Source of the DNA: Methanobacteriota archaeon
Lineage (GTDB): Archaea; Thermoplasmatota; Thermoplasmata; Methanomassiliicoccales; Methanomethylophilaceae
Assembly (NCBI GenBank): GCA_012719315.1
Contig: JAAYAP010000043.1
Coordinates: 1-36,365 of the forward strand
Direction: 5' to 3'
Length of the DNA stretch: 36,365 nt
This document shows, piece after piece, positions 9,204 through 18,016 of the stretch (the first letter of the stretch is position 1; each line of letters begins with the position of its first letter). The translations under genes and the position numbers were made by a program. The notes under the pieces are model-generated. The model was not told the DNA's origin. It searched no databases and saw only the letters and a program-made list of their open reading frames with translations.

Positions 9204-9303
9204 AATCCGTAGATGGGCTCCATCTATTAAAGGATTGGATTACCGGCCGCGAGCGCGGCCGCGGGGAGGTCGGCCCGCGGCCGCCGCAAGCGTTCCGCGG
9301 ACC

Positions 9304-12300
9304 TCAGACGGCCTCGCGGAAAGTGGCCTTGACCAGCAGCAGGTCGTTGTGCATCTCCTTGTCCGCGCCCAGGACGGAGGGGATGAGGGCCGAGGGGCAG
9401 TCGGTCACCTCCAGGCCGATGACGGCCTTCCACCGGCCCGTGTCGCCGCCGATGACCCGGTCCAGGCCGGAGAGGTTGGTCCGCATGTCGACGCAGATCC
9501 GCACCTCCGGGTACGTGTCGCCTCCCTTGAGGAAGCGCGGCGTGGCCATGCCGGTGTAGACCTTGATGTCGAGGTAGGTGTTGTCGTACAGGACGTTCTT
9601 GGGTGCGAGCCCGTAGGGGTTCTCGATCTTGAACAGCAGCTCCTCGATCTCCCCGACCAGGCACTTCAGGCCCTCCTCGGCGAATCCCGAGTCGATCATC
9701 AGCGCGGTCCGGAACCCGACGCAGCCGGCCGAAGCCAGGTCGCTGACGTCGACCGAGACGTAGACGGAAGCCTCGACCAGGCACTCGGAGAGCATCTCGA
9801 TGGCCGACGTCACCACGTTCTGGGCGGCGATGCGGAAGAACTCCGAGAGATCCTCCGTCGAGGTCAGCTTGCCCATGTCGCGCATCGTCGATGACGCCGA
9901 ATCCTTGATGATCGCGTAGAGCTGGGTCCTGACCATCGCCCCGGTCAGCAGACCGCCGCAGTTCTTCGAATCCCGTGTGCCCTTTTCGAACACCCACTCC
10001 GTCGAGGCGTCGGCGACCCGCTGCCAGGTGCGGTCGTCGTTGGCGGTGTCCTTCTTCGCCGGCGTCTTGTCGACGGTGCGCCCCTCGGCATCGGCCAGGA
10101 GCACGTACTCCCCGCTCTTGCTCCCGGCGGAGCCGCTGTTGTTGAGGAACTGGCCGGGGAGGTCCACCACCAGCCTGCCGCCCGGCCGGATCCTCTCGGC
10201 CGGCAGCGGGCAGACCTTACTCGCGTTGCTGCCGGCGCGCAGGGTGTACCCTTCCAGGTCGATCGATTCCGTCGAGGCGTTGTAGAGCTCCACCCACTCG
10301 TTGCCGGCATCCGTGCCGGGAGGATTGGATTCGAACTCGTTGATCACCAGGCCGGTCCGGAACGGGGCGTTGTACTTGAGTTCGAGCCCCAGGTCGATCG
10401 AGACCTTGGCCGTGCCTATGGGGATGTTCGAGAGCAGCGTCCCCAGGCCGGACACGTCCCGGAGCGAGAGCCCGACCTTGTGGTAGGACACCACATCGGG
10501 CATCACGATGTCGAACTCCACTCCCTTGGCGGTGCCCGACATGCAGAGCATGTGCTTCGTCGACTTCATCAGCGGGTCGATGTCCGCGGTCACCTGCCAG
10601 TCCTTGCCGGAGAGTGATGCGGATCCGCTGATGAGAAGGGTCCTGTCGGCCCCCTCGCCCTTCTGCTTGATGGTGATCGACCCGGAGACCTCCACGCCCG
10701 ACACCTCGGTCGAGAGCGAGACGGTGGCGAGCGTCTTCGTGCTCTTGCTCAGCGAGGCCAGGTTCAACGTGACCGTCAGCGTGAATCCCATGAACGAGAA
10801 GCCCACGGTCTGCTTCGACAGGTTGGCGTTGACGATCCATTCCAGCGCCTCTAGGGCCTTCTCCGCCCGCTCTCCGAGCCATGCCTCCAGGCGCTCCTCG
10901 ATCAATTCCCTGAGCCGCTCCAGCGGCTCCATCAGCGCCTCGTAGAGCTTCTGGACCAGCTCGGTCACGAACATCATGCACTTCATCAGCGAGGAGGCGA
11001 GGATCTCGAGGGCGCCCAGCATCATCGCGAGGATCTTCCTCAGCGGCTCGATGATCGGCGCCAGGACCTCCATCAGCGCCTCCCACGCGTCGGAGAGGAT
11101 GGTGTTGCTGGCCCGGTAGTCCCCGACCCCCTGCAGCGCCCAGGCGCTCATCACCGGGACCTTCAGGTCGAGTTCGACCGTGCAGACCTCGGTCATCCTC
11201 GAATCGCACAGGCCCATGCCGGCCTCCATCGGCCCGCTGCCGGACAACGTGAGCACGAGCGTGTCCCTGACCGACACCGAGAAGACGGTGCAGTAGGAGG
11301 CGCCGGAGCTCTGCATCGGCCCGACATAGTGCATGCAGTCGCCGAGGTTGGCGTTCGGGCCTCCGATCAGGATCCGCGGGGACGAGCCCAGCTCCGCGGA
11401 GATCCGCTCCCTGAAGACCTCGCCGTGCTCGCTGACGGTGACGAACTCCCGTTCGGGGATCAGGGCGGTGGATCCGTAGCAGGCGTTGACCTCGGCGTTC
11501 GCGCGGATCTCGGCGCAGAGCGAGACCATGCGCCCGGGCACATCCGCCAGGCTGTCCGTCGCGCTCATGCCGTACGCGGCCACCTTCTTGCAGATCATGT
11601 CGAACACCCCGCCTCCGCGCTTCTCCACGCCGTTCAGCGACGACAGCGCGTCAACCATGGAGTCGACCTCGGCCGTGTAGGCCGCGATCGTCCCGTCGAG
11701 GCATCCGCCGTCGACGATCGCGGCGGCGAGGCCCTCGACGGCCTTCCCGTCCAGCAGGGTCCCGTGCTCCGCCTCTATGGCCGCGGCTATGCCGGCGGCC
11801 AGCGATGCCTCGGCGGACTCCCTGAACCCGTCGACACCGTAGATGCGGTGCGCATCCTTCCTGACGACCTCGTAGATGCCGGCATGGAACGGGTCGGTCG
11901 GGCGGAGCTCGCCGATGGTTCTGCCGACGATCCTCTCGAAATCGGACATCCCGTCCGCGACCGCGGAGCCCACGGCGCGGCAGACGGTGTCCAGGAGGGC
12001 CTCGTCGTCGGTCGCGTCGACCCTCACCCTCACGATGCCCAGGCTCTTCTTGGCGGCGATCTCGGCCGCGGAGGCGTTGATGACCTCGGTGAACCATTCG
12101 CGTATCCCGTTGCTGTCGTGCCGCTGCGTCCGTTTGAAATCCTTGATGCCGGGCCACCCCATCAGATCGACGTCGGGGTACCCGATCCCCACCACGAGGT
12201 CCGGCGTCTCCTTGCCGACGATGTCGGCGATCGACCGACCGGGGACGACGACCTCGAAGGACTCGCCCGAGCGGAGATGGCGGTACTCCTCCGCGTCGAG

Positions 12301-13365
12301 GCCGCTGTCGGCCAGGAAGCACTCCAGGTACGGCGCGGCGGAGAAGCAATCCTTCCCCCCGAGGAACCCCTTCAGCGAATCCCAGGCGTTGCCGGCGAGG
12401 TCGTTGACCCAATCGATGCCGTTCATGACCTTGTTCCCATACAGGTAGTCGATCCACTGCAGCGCCAGGTCGTCGGCGATCGAGGCGATCGCCTGGGCGT
12501 ACACGGCCGAGAGGTCGAGGTCGAGATATCCGTCCGGAGCCGCGATGAGGTCGGCCAGGTCCACCCGGTCGGAACCGTCGCCGATGCCGTCGGGAGCGAT
12601 GCGGAAGCAGCCCAGGCGCACGATCTTGAGCGCGTTGGAGTAGGCGGCGGCCACATCGTCCTCCGTCAGGATGCTCGCGGTCCCCATCTCCCCGTACGCG
12701 TTCAGCGCGCCGTAGCCGTTGAGGACCCTGTACTGCGCAAGGCAGGTGAGCTGGTAGCCGACCATCTGCGTTATCGGCGATCCCGGGCCGCTCACGGCGT
12801 TCTTGAAAAGGGAGCCTTGCCCCGCCACCAGCGGCAGGGCGCAGGTGGCGTCGGTCTCGAAATCGACGGCGGTGGAAGCGGTCCCCGACGCGAAGGCGTA
12901 ACGGGCGGTGAATGATCCGGATCCCACCAGGTACGACGGCATGCAGCCGTCGACGAGGCCGCTGTCCGACAGCTTCAGGGGCTGGGCGGTCAGCTCGGTC
13001 TCGAACGATTCGAGGTGCACGGTGACGCCGCAGTCGGACAGCGGGAACTGGAAGTCCATCCATGCCCTCGCACGTTCGGCGTACTTGTCGGCACGCTGTT
13101 CGAGGGTGCCCTCGGAAGCCGAGGAGCTGAGTCCGAAGATGATCTCCCCCAATCCTCTCTCGACGAAACCGCCGGTCCTCTCGATGACGTCGTCGACAGT
13201 CCCCATCTCCTCGGTCATCCGCTCGGCGTTGTCGGCGGAGCGGTCCATATGTGCGGCCGTGATGCCGTATGCGGAGCCCAGCATCAGCAGGATGACGGCG
13301 ACCATCGCGAACGGCATGTTGCCGCGACGGGAGCGTCCGCGGATGTGGCGGTTATCGATTCTCAT
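9304..13365 (-). CDS. Large (1353 aa) exported or membrane-anchored protein with class III-like signal peptide and lamin-tail domain
   Basis: RSRRG followed by hydrophobic NMPFAMVAVILLMLG; LVINEFESNPPG..NEWVELYN...IDLEGYTL lamin-tail motif at about 9975-10350; TTTATAAC box about 26 nt upstream. Confidence 0.8.
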   Translation of the reverse strand: MRIDNRHIRGRSRRGNMPFAMVAVILLMLGSAYGITAAHMDRSADNAERMTEEMGTVDDVIERTGGFVERGLGEIIFGLSSSASEGTLEQRADKYAERARAWMDFQFPLSDCGVTVHLESFETELTAQPLKLSDSGLVDGCMPSYLVGSGSFTARYAFASGTASTAVDFETDATCALPLVAGQGSLFKNAVSGPGSPITQMVGYQLTCLAQYRVLNGYGALNAYGEMGTASILTEDDVAAAYSNALKIVRLGCFRIAPDGIGDGSDRVDLADLIAAPDGYLDLDLSAVYAQAIASIADDLALQWIDYLYGNKVMNGIDWVNDLAGNAWDSLKGFLGGKDCFSAAPYLECFLADSGLDAEEYRHLRSGESFEVVVPGRSIADIVGKETPDLVVGIGYPDVDLMGWPGIKDFKRTQRHDSNGIREWFTEVINASAAEIAAKKSLGIVRVRVDATDDEALLDTVCRAVGSAVADGMSDFERIVGRTIGELRPTDPFHAGIYEVVRKDAHRIYGVDGFRESAEASLAAGIAAAIEAEHGTLLDGKAVEGLAAAIVDGGCLDGTIAAYTAEVDSMVDALSSLNGVEKRGGGVFDMICKKVAAYGMSATDSLADVPGRMVSLCAEIRANAEVNACYGSTALIPEREFVTVSEHGEVFRERISAELGSSPRILIGGPNANLGDCMHYVGPMQSSGASYCTVFSVSVRDTLVLTLSGSGPMEAGMGLCDSRMTEVCTVELDLKVPVMSAWALQGVGDYRASNTILSDAWEALMEVLAPIIEPLRKILAMMLGALEILASSLMKCMMFVTELVQKLYEALMEPLERLRELIEERLEAWLGERAEKALEALEWIVNANLSKQTVGFSFMGFTLTVTLNLASLSKSTKTLATVSLSTEVSGVEVSGSITIKQKGEGADRTLLISGSASLSGKDWQVTADIDPLMKSTKHMLCMSGTAKGVEFDIVMPDVVSYHKVGLSLRDVSGLGTLLSNIPIGTAKVSIDLGLELKYNAPFRTGLVINEFESNPPGTDAGNEWVELYNASTESIDLEGYTLRAGSNASKVCPLPAERIRPGGRLVVDLPGQFLNNSGSAGSKSGEYVLLADAEGRTVDKTPAKKDTANDDRTWQRVADASTEWVFEKGTRDSKNCGGLLTGAMVRTQLYAIIKDSASSTMRDMGKLTSTEDLSEFFRIAAQNVVTSAIEMLSECLVEASVYVSVDVSDLASAGCVGFRTALMIDSGFAEEGLKCLVGEIEELLFKIENPYGLAPKNVLYDNTYLDIKVYTGMATPRFLKGGDTYPEVRICVDMRTNLSGLDRVIGGDTGRWKAVIGLEVTDCPSALIPSVLGADKEMHNDLLLVKATFREAV

Positions 13366-13390
13366 GCATACGCATTCGCTTTCATACGGT

Positions 13391-13470
13391 GTTATAAACC
13401 GGACCGTACAGTTAGCATATACGCCCGTCCCGGACGTCCTCAGACGCTGGTATTCAGATAAGTATTATAA
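13391..13470. promoter_or_regulatory. Divergent TATA boxes for the lamin-tail protein gene (-) and tes (+)
   Basis: TTTATAAC on the minus strand at 13391-13398 and TATTATAA at 13463-13470, each about 26-30 nt before an ATG with no SD. Confidence 0.6.
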
Positions 13471-13499
13471 TGCGTCACCCGTTTCACACCGTCATTACC

Positions 13500-15122
13500 A
13501 TGTCTGCTACAATAAGGAATTACGCGGTCGAACCCGGGCTTCCGAAGAAAACGGAATCCATCTGCCCCGAATGCGGGAAGATCCTGGAGGCATCGATCTT
13601 CGAGGAGAACGGAAAGGTGCTCATGCAGAAAGAATGCCCGCAGCATGGCCTGTTCCGGGACGTCTACTGGTCCGACGTGGGCCTCTATCTCAAGGCCGAG
13701 AAGTACGCGCACGACGGGATCGGGCTGACCAATCCCGCCGACAGCAAGCTGAAGGAGGGCGAGAACGCCAACTTCATCATCGACGGCAAGAGGATCGACA
13801 TGCTCAGCAGCACCGGGCTGGCGAACGTGGACCTCACCAACCGCTGCAACATGAACTGCCCGATCTGCTTCGCGGTCGCGAACCAGGCGGGTTACGTCTA
13901 CGAGCCCGACTTCGCCACGATCGTCAAGATGCTCGAGACGCTCCGGACGGAGGCGCCGATCAGATGCACTGCGGTGCAGTTCTCGGGCGGCGAGCCCACC
14001 ATCTACCCGATGTTCCTCGAGGCGATCGCGAAGGCCAAGGAGCTCAATTTCGCCCAGGTGCAGGTAGCGACCAACGGCATCAAATTCGCCAAGGACTACG
14101 AATTCCTCAAGAAGGCCTCGCAGGCAGGCATGAACACCATCTACCTCTCCTTCGACGGCGTCTCCGACGACGTCTACCTGCAGGCCAGGGACCGGAGGAT
14201 GTTCCAGATAAAACTGGACGTCATCGCCAACTGCAAGCGGCTGCGGGAGGACATCGGCAAGAGCCCGTCGATCGTGCTGGTGCCGACCGTCGTCAAAGGC
14301 ATGAACGACCATCAGATCGGCGCCATCGTCGATTTCGCGCTCGAACACGCCGACGTGGTCAGAGGGATCAACTTCCAGCCGGTGGCGTTCACCGGGAGGA
14401 TCGAGCGCGAGGAGTTGGAGGCGGGCAGGTTCACGCTCCCCGACCTCGCCAGGGAGATGGGCGAGCAGACCGGGTACACCGACATGGATGACTGGTACCC
14501 GGTGCCCGTGGTCGCGCCCATATCCAATTTCGCCTCGATCATACTCGACGAGAACAAGGTGACCTTCACGGCGCACCCCCACTGCGGGATCGCCACCTAC
14601 CTCTTCGTCGGCGACGACGGCAAGGTGACGCCGTTCCCCAGGTTCGTCGACCTCGACAGGTTCTCGACGGGCATGGCCGAACTGGCGGAGAAGGCGGAGA
14701 AGGCGAGGTTCAAGAAGTTCACGGCGATCAAGATCATCAAGCTGATGAACAGCTGCATCATCGACGAGAAGCTCCCCGAGGGCCTGGACAAGAAGAAGTT
14801 CATCATGATCATGAAGGACATCATGAGCAACAAATCCAAGAAGACGCTCGCGAAGTTCTCCTGGAAGATGATGTTGATCAGCGGCATGCATTTCCAGGAT
14901 GCCCACAACTACGACGTCGAGAGGGTGAAGCGCTGCTGCATCCATTATGTGACCCCCGACTGCGAGGTCATACCCTTCTGCGCGTACAACGGCGGACCCG
15001 AGTACCGCAAAGCCGTGGAGTCGAGGCACTCGGTCCCGTTGGACGAGTGGAAGGCGGCGAACAAGAAAGAGGCGCTGGAGCTGGAACAGGCTCTGATAGT
15101 GCCGGAAGATCAGAAAGCATGA
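13500..15122 (+). CDS. tes: Tetraether lipid synthase Tes / GDGT-MAS (MJ0619-family radical SAM)
   Basis: N-terminal CPEC...CPQH rubredoxin-like site, TNRCNMNCPICFA, QFSGGEPT, NFQPVAFTGR, HPHCG, MHFQD..NYD.ERVKRCCIHY...PFCAYN. Confidence 0.9.
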   Translation: MSATIRNYAVEPGLPKKTESICPECGKILEASIFEENGKVLMQKECPQHGLFRDVYWSDVGLYLKAEKYAHDGIGLTNPADSKLKEGENANFIIDGKRIDMLSSTGLANVDLTNRCNMNCPICFAVANQAGYVYEPDFATIVKMLETLRTEAPIRCTAVQFSGGEPTIYPMFLEAIAKAKELNFAQVQVATNGIKFAKDYEFLKKASQAGMNTIYLSFDGVSDDVYLQARDRRMFQIKLDVIANCKRLREDIGKSPSIVLVPTVVKGMNDHQIGAIVDFALEHADVVRGINFQPVAFTGRIEREELEAGRFTLPDLAREMGEQTGYTDMDDWYPVPVVAPISNFASIILDENKVTFTAHPHCGIATYLFVGDDGKVTPFPRFVDLDRFSTGMAELAEKAEKARFKKFTAIKIIKLMNSCIIDEKLPEGLDKKKFIMIMKDIMSNKSKKTLAKFSWKMMLISGMHFQDAHNYDVERVKRCCIHYVTPDCEVIPFCAYNGGPEYRKAVESRHSVPLDEWKAANKKEALELEQALIVPEDQKA

Positions 15123-15131
15123 GGTGTATCA

Positions 15132-15305
15132 ATGATAGTGAATTATGATAAGTGTCTCCATTGCGGAGGTTGTGCGGGGTCCTGCCCCAAGAATGCGATA
15201 TTCCTCAACGATTACATACTGGTGTTCAACGACGACTGCAACAGATGCGGCCGTTGCGTCAGGCTCTGCCCCGTGCAGGCGCTCGCGCTGGAGGCGAGGG
15301 CATGA
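15132..15305 (+). CDS. 2[4Fe-4S] ferredoxin, 57 aa (absent from the supplied ORF track)
   Basis: Manual translation MIVNYDKCLHCGGCAGSCPKNAIFLNDYILVFNDDCNRCGRCVRLCPVQALALEARA; two CxxCxxCxxxCP motifs; GAGGTG SD; ATGA overlap with GGR. Confidence 0.95.
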   Translation: MIVNYDKCLHCGGCAGSCPKNAIFLNDYILVFNDDCNRCGRCVRLCPVQALALEARA

Positions 15306-16492
15306 AGACCTACGAATGCGACGTCGTCGTCGTCGGTGCGGGCCCGGGCGGCAGCATGGCCGCCAAGTTCTGCGCCGAAGGCGGACTCGACACCATATTG
15401 ATTGAGAAGAAGGCCGAGGTCGGCGCGCCTCTGAGATGCGCCGAAGGCGTCTCCAAGAAATGGCTCGAGGAGGTCGGCATCGCGCTCGACCCCCTGTGGA
15501 TACGCGCGGATATGATCGGCGCGGTCATCAAGTCACCGGACGGCACCCAGTTCAAATTGGACGAGAGCAAGGCGGGCACCGAGGTCGGCTATGTGCTGGA
15601 GAGGCACCTCTTCGACAAAGCCCTGGCCAGGGACGCGGTCGCGGCCGGTTCCAAGCTGATGATGCGCACCTCCTGCACCGGGGTGATCCGCGAAGGCGGC
15701 AGAGTCGTCGGCATCAAAGTCAAGAGCATGGGCGAGGAGGCGGAGATCCGCGCCAAGGCGATCGTGGCCGCCGACGGATACGAATCGCAGGTCGGCAGGT
15801 GGGCGGGCATCGACACCAACGTTAAGCTCAACGACCTGAACTCCTGCATCCAGTACCGGATGGTCAACTGCGATGCCGACATGGAGTACTGCGAGTTCAT
15901 CATCGGCCGTTCCATCGCCCCCGGCGGCTACCTCTGGATCTTCCCCAAGGGGAACGGGGTGGCCAACGTGGGCATCGGCGTCATGGGGCCGCTCTGCAAG
16001 GGCGGCGAGCCCAAGGAGTACCTCGACAGGTTCCTCGCGATCGATCCGCGCTTCAAGGACAGTCAGGCGGTCGAGGTCGCCGCGGGCTTCGTCTCCACCT
16101 GCCCCGGGCTGGATTGCGCCGTGGATGACAACATCATCCTCGTGGGCGATGCGGCGAGGATCATCGATCCCCTGACCGGCGGCGGCATCTGCCACGCCTG
16201 CAGGACCGGCATGTACGCCGGCAAGGTGCTGGTCGAGGCTGCGGCCAAAGGCGACTTCTCCAAGGCGTCGCTGATGCCGTACGAGAAGATGTGGCGCGAC
16301 CGGATGGAGGACAAGCTCTACCGCAACTGGATGGCCAAGGAGAGGCTGGCCGAGCTCGACGACGAGACCATCAACGAGCTCGTGAGGCTCATCTCGACCT
16401 CCGACATCGAGGAGGTCAACGTCTACAACCTCCTCAAGACGGTCAAGGAGAAGTTCCCCAAGGTGGTCGAGGGCTTCGAGCACCTGATCTGA
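15302..16492 (+). CDS. Digeranylgeranylglycerophospholipid reductase (geranylgeranyl reductase)
   Basis: DVVVVGAGPGG, RCAEG, PGGYLWIFPK (YxWxFP), VGDAA...PLTGGGI. Confidence 0.92.
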   Translation: MKTYECDVVVVGAGPGGSMAAKFCAEGGLDTILIEKKAEVGAPLRCAEGVSKKWLEEVGIALDPLWIRADMIGAVIKSPDGTQFKLDESKAGTEVGYVLERHLFDKALARDAVAAGSKLMMRTSCTGVIREGGRVVGIKVKSMGEEAEIRAKAIVAADGYESQVGRWAGIDTNVKLNDLNSCIQYRMVNCDADMEYCEFIIGRSIAPGGYLWIFPKGNGVANVGIGVMGPLCKGGEPKEYLDRFLAIDPRFKDSQAVEVAAGFVSTCPGLDCAVDDNIILVGDAARIIDPLTGGGICHACRTGMYAGKVLVEAAAKGDFSKASLMPYEKMWRDRMEDKLYRNWMAKERLAELDDETINELVRLISTSDIEEVNVYNLLKTVKEKFPKVVEGFEHLI

Positions 16493-16502
16493 GACGTACA
16501 AC

Positions 16503-16542
16503 ACGGCCTGCGGGCCGTTCTTCCCTTCCTTTCTTTTTATTT
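16503..16542 (+). terminator. Hairpin plus pyrimidine/T-rich tract ending the tes-ferredoxin-GGR operon
   Basis: ACGGCC-TGCG-GGCCGT followed by TCTTCCCTTCCTTTCTTTTTATTT. Confidence 0.7.
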
Positions 16543-16556
16543 CCGACTCTGCCCGG

Positions 16557-17489
16557 TCAGCGGCCGACGGTCAGGCCTTCGACGCGCGTGCTGACGGTGT
16601 ACGGCATCCCGCCCCGCGAGCGGATCGCCTCGGCGACCCTGTCCGGTGCGTCGGTGAGCGCGATCATGCATCCGCCGCCGCCCGAGCCGGTGAGCTTGGC
16701 GCCGTACGCATGCGGCAGCGACGCATCCACCAGTTTATTGAGTTCTTTGCAGGAGACGCCCAGGATCGAGAGCAGCTTGTGGTCGTAGGTCATGAGTTCA
16801 CCCAGGCGCACGCGGTCGTCCGTCCTCAGCGCGGTCATGCCCTCGAGGGTGACGTCGCCGATCTCGTCGACGATGTCGGACGCGAAGCGGTTGCGCTCCC
16901 GGAACTTCCTCACCTTCTCCACCAGCGGGCCGGTCGCGGCCCGGATGCCGGTGTGGCCGATCACGAAGGTCATCGCGGGGACATCGATGTCGTGGACGTC
17001 CCAGCGGTTGCCGCCCTTCTCGAGGGACCAGAGCGGCCGGTCGCAGCCCCGCATGTTCAACGCGACGCCGTAGCCGTGGGTGCAGGCCGAGGTGTCCATC
17101 GGGCTGCCCCGGCCCTGGGCGGCGTATTCCGCGTCGAAAGCCTCGGCGGCCACCGACTCCGGTTCGACGGCGAGCCCGTGGAGCCGGCGCATCGCCCCGG
17201 AGAAGGCGACCGACAGGGCCGCCGACGAACCCAGTCCCGCTCCCGGAGGGATCCTGCTCTCGGTATGCAGGGACACCGGGCGCATATCGTACAGCGAGGA
17301 GACGTGCTTGATGTGGGGGTTGGCGTTGATGTCGGCGGGCTCCCCGTTGATCCTGAACTCCGGGCCGGGGGAGACCCTGACGGTGAAGCGCCTGTCGATC
17401 GCCAATGCGATCGCGGGCTTGCCGTAGACTACCGCATGCTCCCCCAGTATGACGAACTTACCGGGGGCGGAGGCCGTGACTTGCGTCAT
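16557..17489 (-). CDS. mvk: Mevalonate kinase
   Basis: SAPGKFVILGEHAVVYG, PPGAGLGSSAA, SPMDT, GAKLTGSGGGGC; start ATG 17489 in a TGATG overlap. Confidence 0.95.
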   Translation of the reverse strand: MTQVTASAPGKFVILGEHAVVYGKPAIALAIDRRFTVRVSPGPEFRINGEPADINANPHIKHVSSLYDMRPVSLHTESRIPPGAGLGSSAALSVAFSGAMRRLHGLAVEPESVAAEAFDAEYAAQGRGSPMDTSACTHGYGVALNMRGCDRPLWSLEKGGNRWDVHDIDVPAMTFVIGHTGIRAATGPLVEKVRKFRERNRFASDIVDEIGDVTLEGMTALRTDDRVRLGELMTYDHKLLSILGVSCKELNKLVDASLPHAYGAKLTGSGGGGCMIALTDAPDRVAEAIRSRGGMPYTVSTRVEGLTVGR

Positions 17490-18016
17490 CAGTCCGACAA
17501 TCCGTATTCGGAGAGGATCTCCTTGATGGCGTCGTTGGGGGTGCGTTTGCCGAGCTGCGGCTGCGGCAGGTCCCACCATCTCTCCTCGAACTCCTCGAGC
17601 GCCAGCCGGTACAGCTCGTCGGTCTCGAAGTTCGACGGCTTCATGTCGGCGAGGGCCTTCTCGTGCTCTTTGAACAGGTTGGCGCCGTATCTCCGGTTGG
17701 TCAGCGCCACGCCCAGCAGCATGTCGAAGGAGAACGAGATCTCCATGCCGATGTCGGGGGTGACGGCGTCCATGACCATGTCCAACACGCTGTTGGCGGT
17801 CATCTTGAAGAGCATCTGCCTTCCGGCCTCCGCATCGAGTCCTTCCATGCCGTCGATGATCGTGCAGACCTCCTCGTAGACCAAGTCTCCGAGGGCGTCG
17901 ACGCGCACGGGGTTCTTGTCGTAGAGCTGTTTGCAGATCAGCTCCTCGTCGGTGCATTGCTCCTCTTCCCGGTCGAAGAGGTGGGCGTTGGGATCGTTGT
18001 TGTCCATTTCATTCAC
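17489..18016 (-). CDS. Acidic hypothetical protein
   Basis: 175-aa ORF overlapping both neighbours (GTGA and TGATG); alternative ATG at 18007. Confidence 0.8.
   Translation of the reverse strand: MNEMDNNDPNAHLFDREEEQCTDEELICKQLYDKNPVRVDALGDLVYEEVCTIIDGMEGLDAEAGRQMLFKMTANSVLDMVMDAVTPDIGMEISFSFDMLLGVALTNRRYGANLFKEHEKALADMKPSNFETDELYRLALEEFEERWWDLPQPQLGKRTPNDAIKEILSEYGLSD

Noticed and set aside
4977..9212. Long + strand ORFs (690 and 718 aa) and a 676-aa alternative-frame ORF over polC/NOG1
   Set aside because: Shadow ORFs from high GC3 codon bias; no motifs; fully overlap well-supported genes
11329..15029. 470-529 aa ORFs overlapping the lamin-tail gene and tes
   Set aside because: Antisense or off-frame shadows with Arg/Gly/Ala-rich or antisense-typical composition
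13500..15122. Legacy label 7,8-dihydro-6-hydroxymethylpterin dimethyltransferase
   Set aside because: The MJ0619 family was reassigned as tetraether synthase, and the adjacent GGR supports the lipid role
15152..15301. N-terminal extension of GGR in the ORF track
   Set aside because: The region encodes the ferredoxin in another frame; GGR starts at ATG 15302
17490..17957. Apparent 466-aa mevalonate kinase fusion
   Set aside because: The extension overlaps the 175-aa gene in another frame; the kinase motif begins right after ATG 17489
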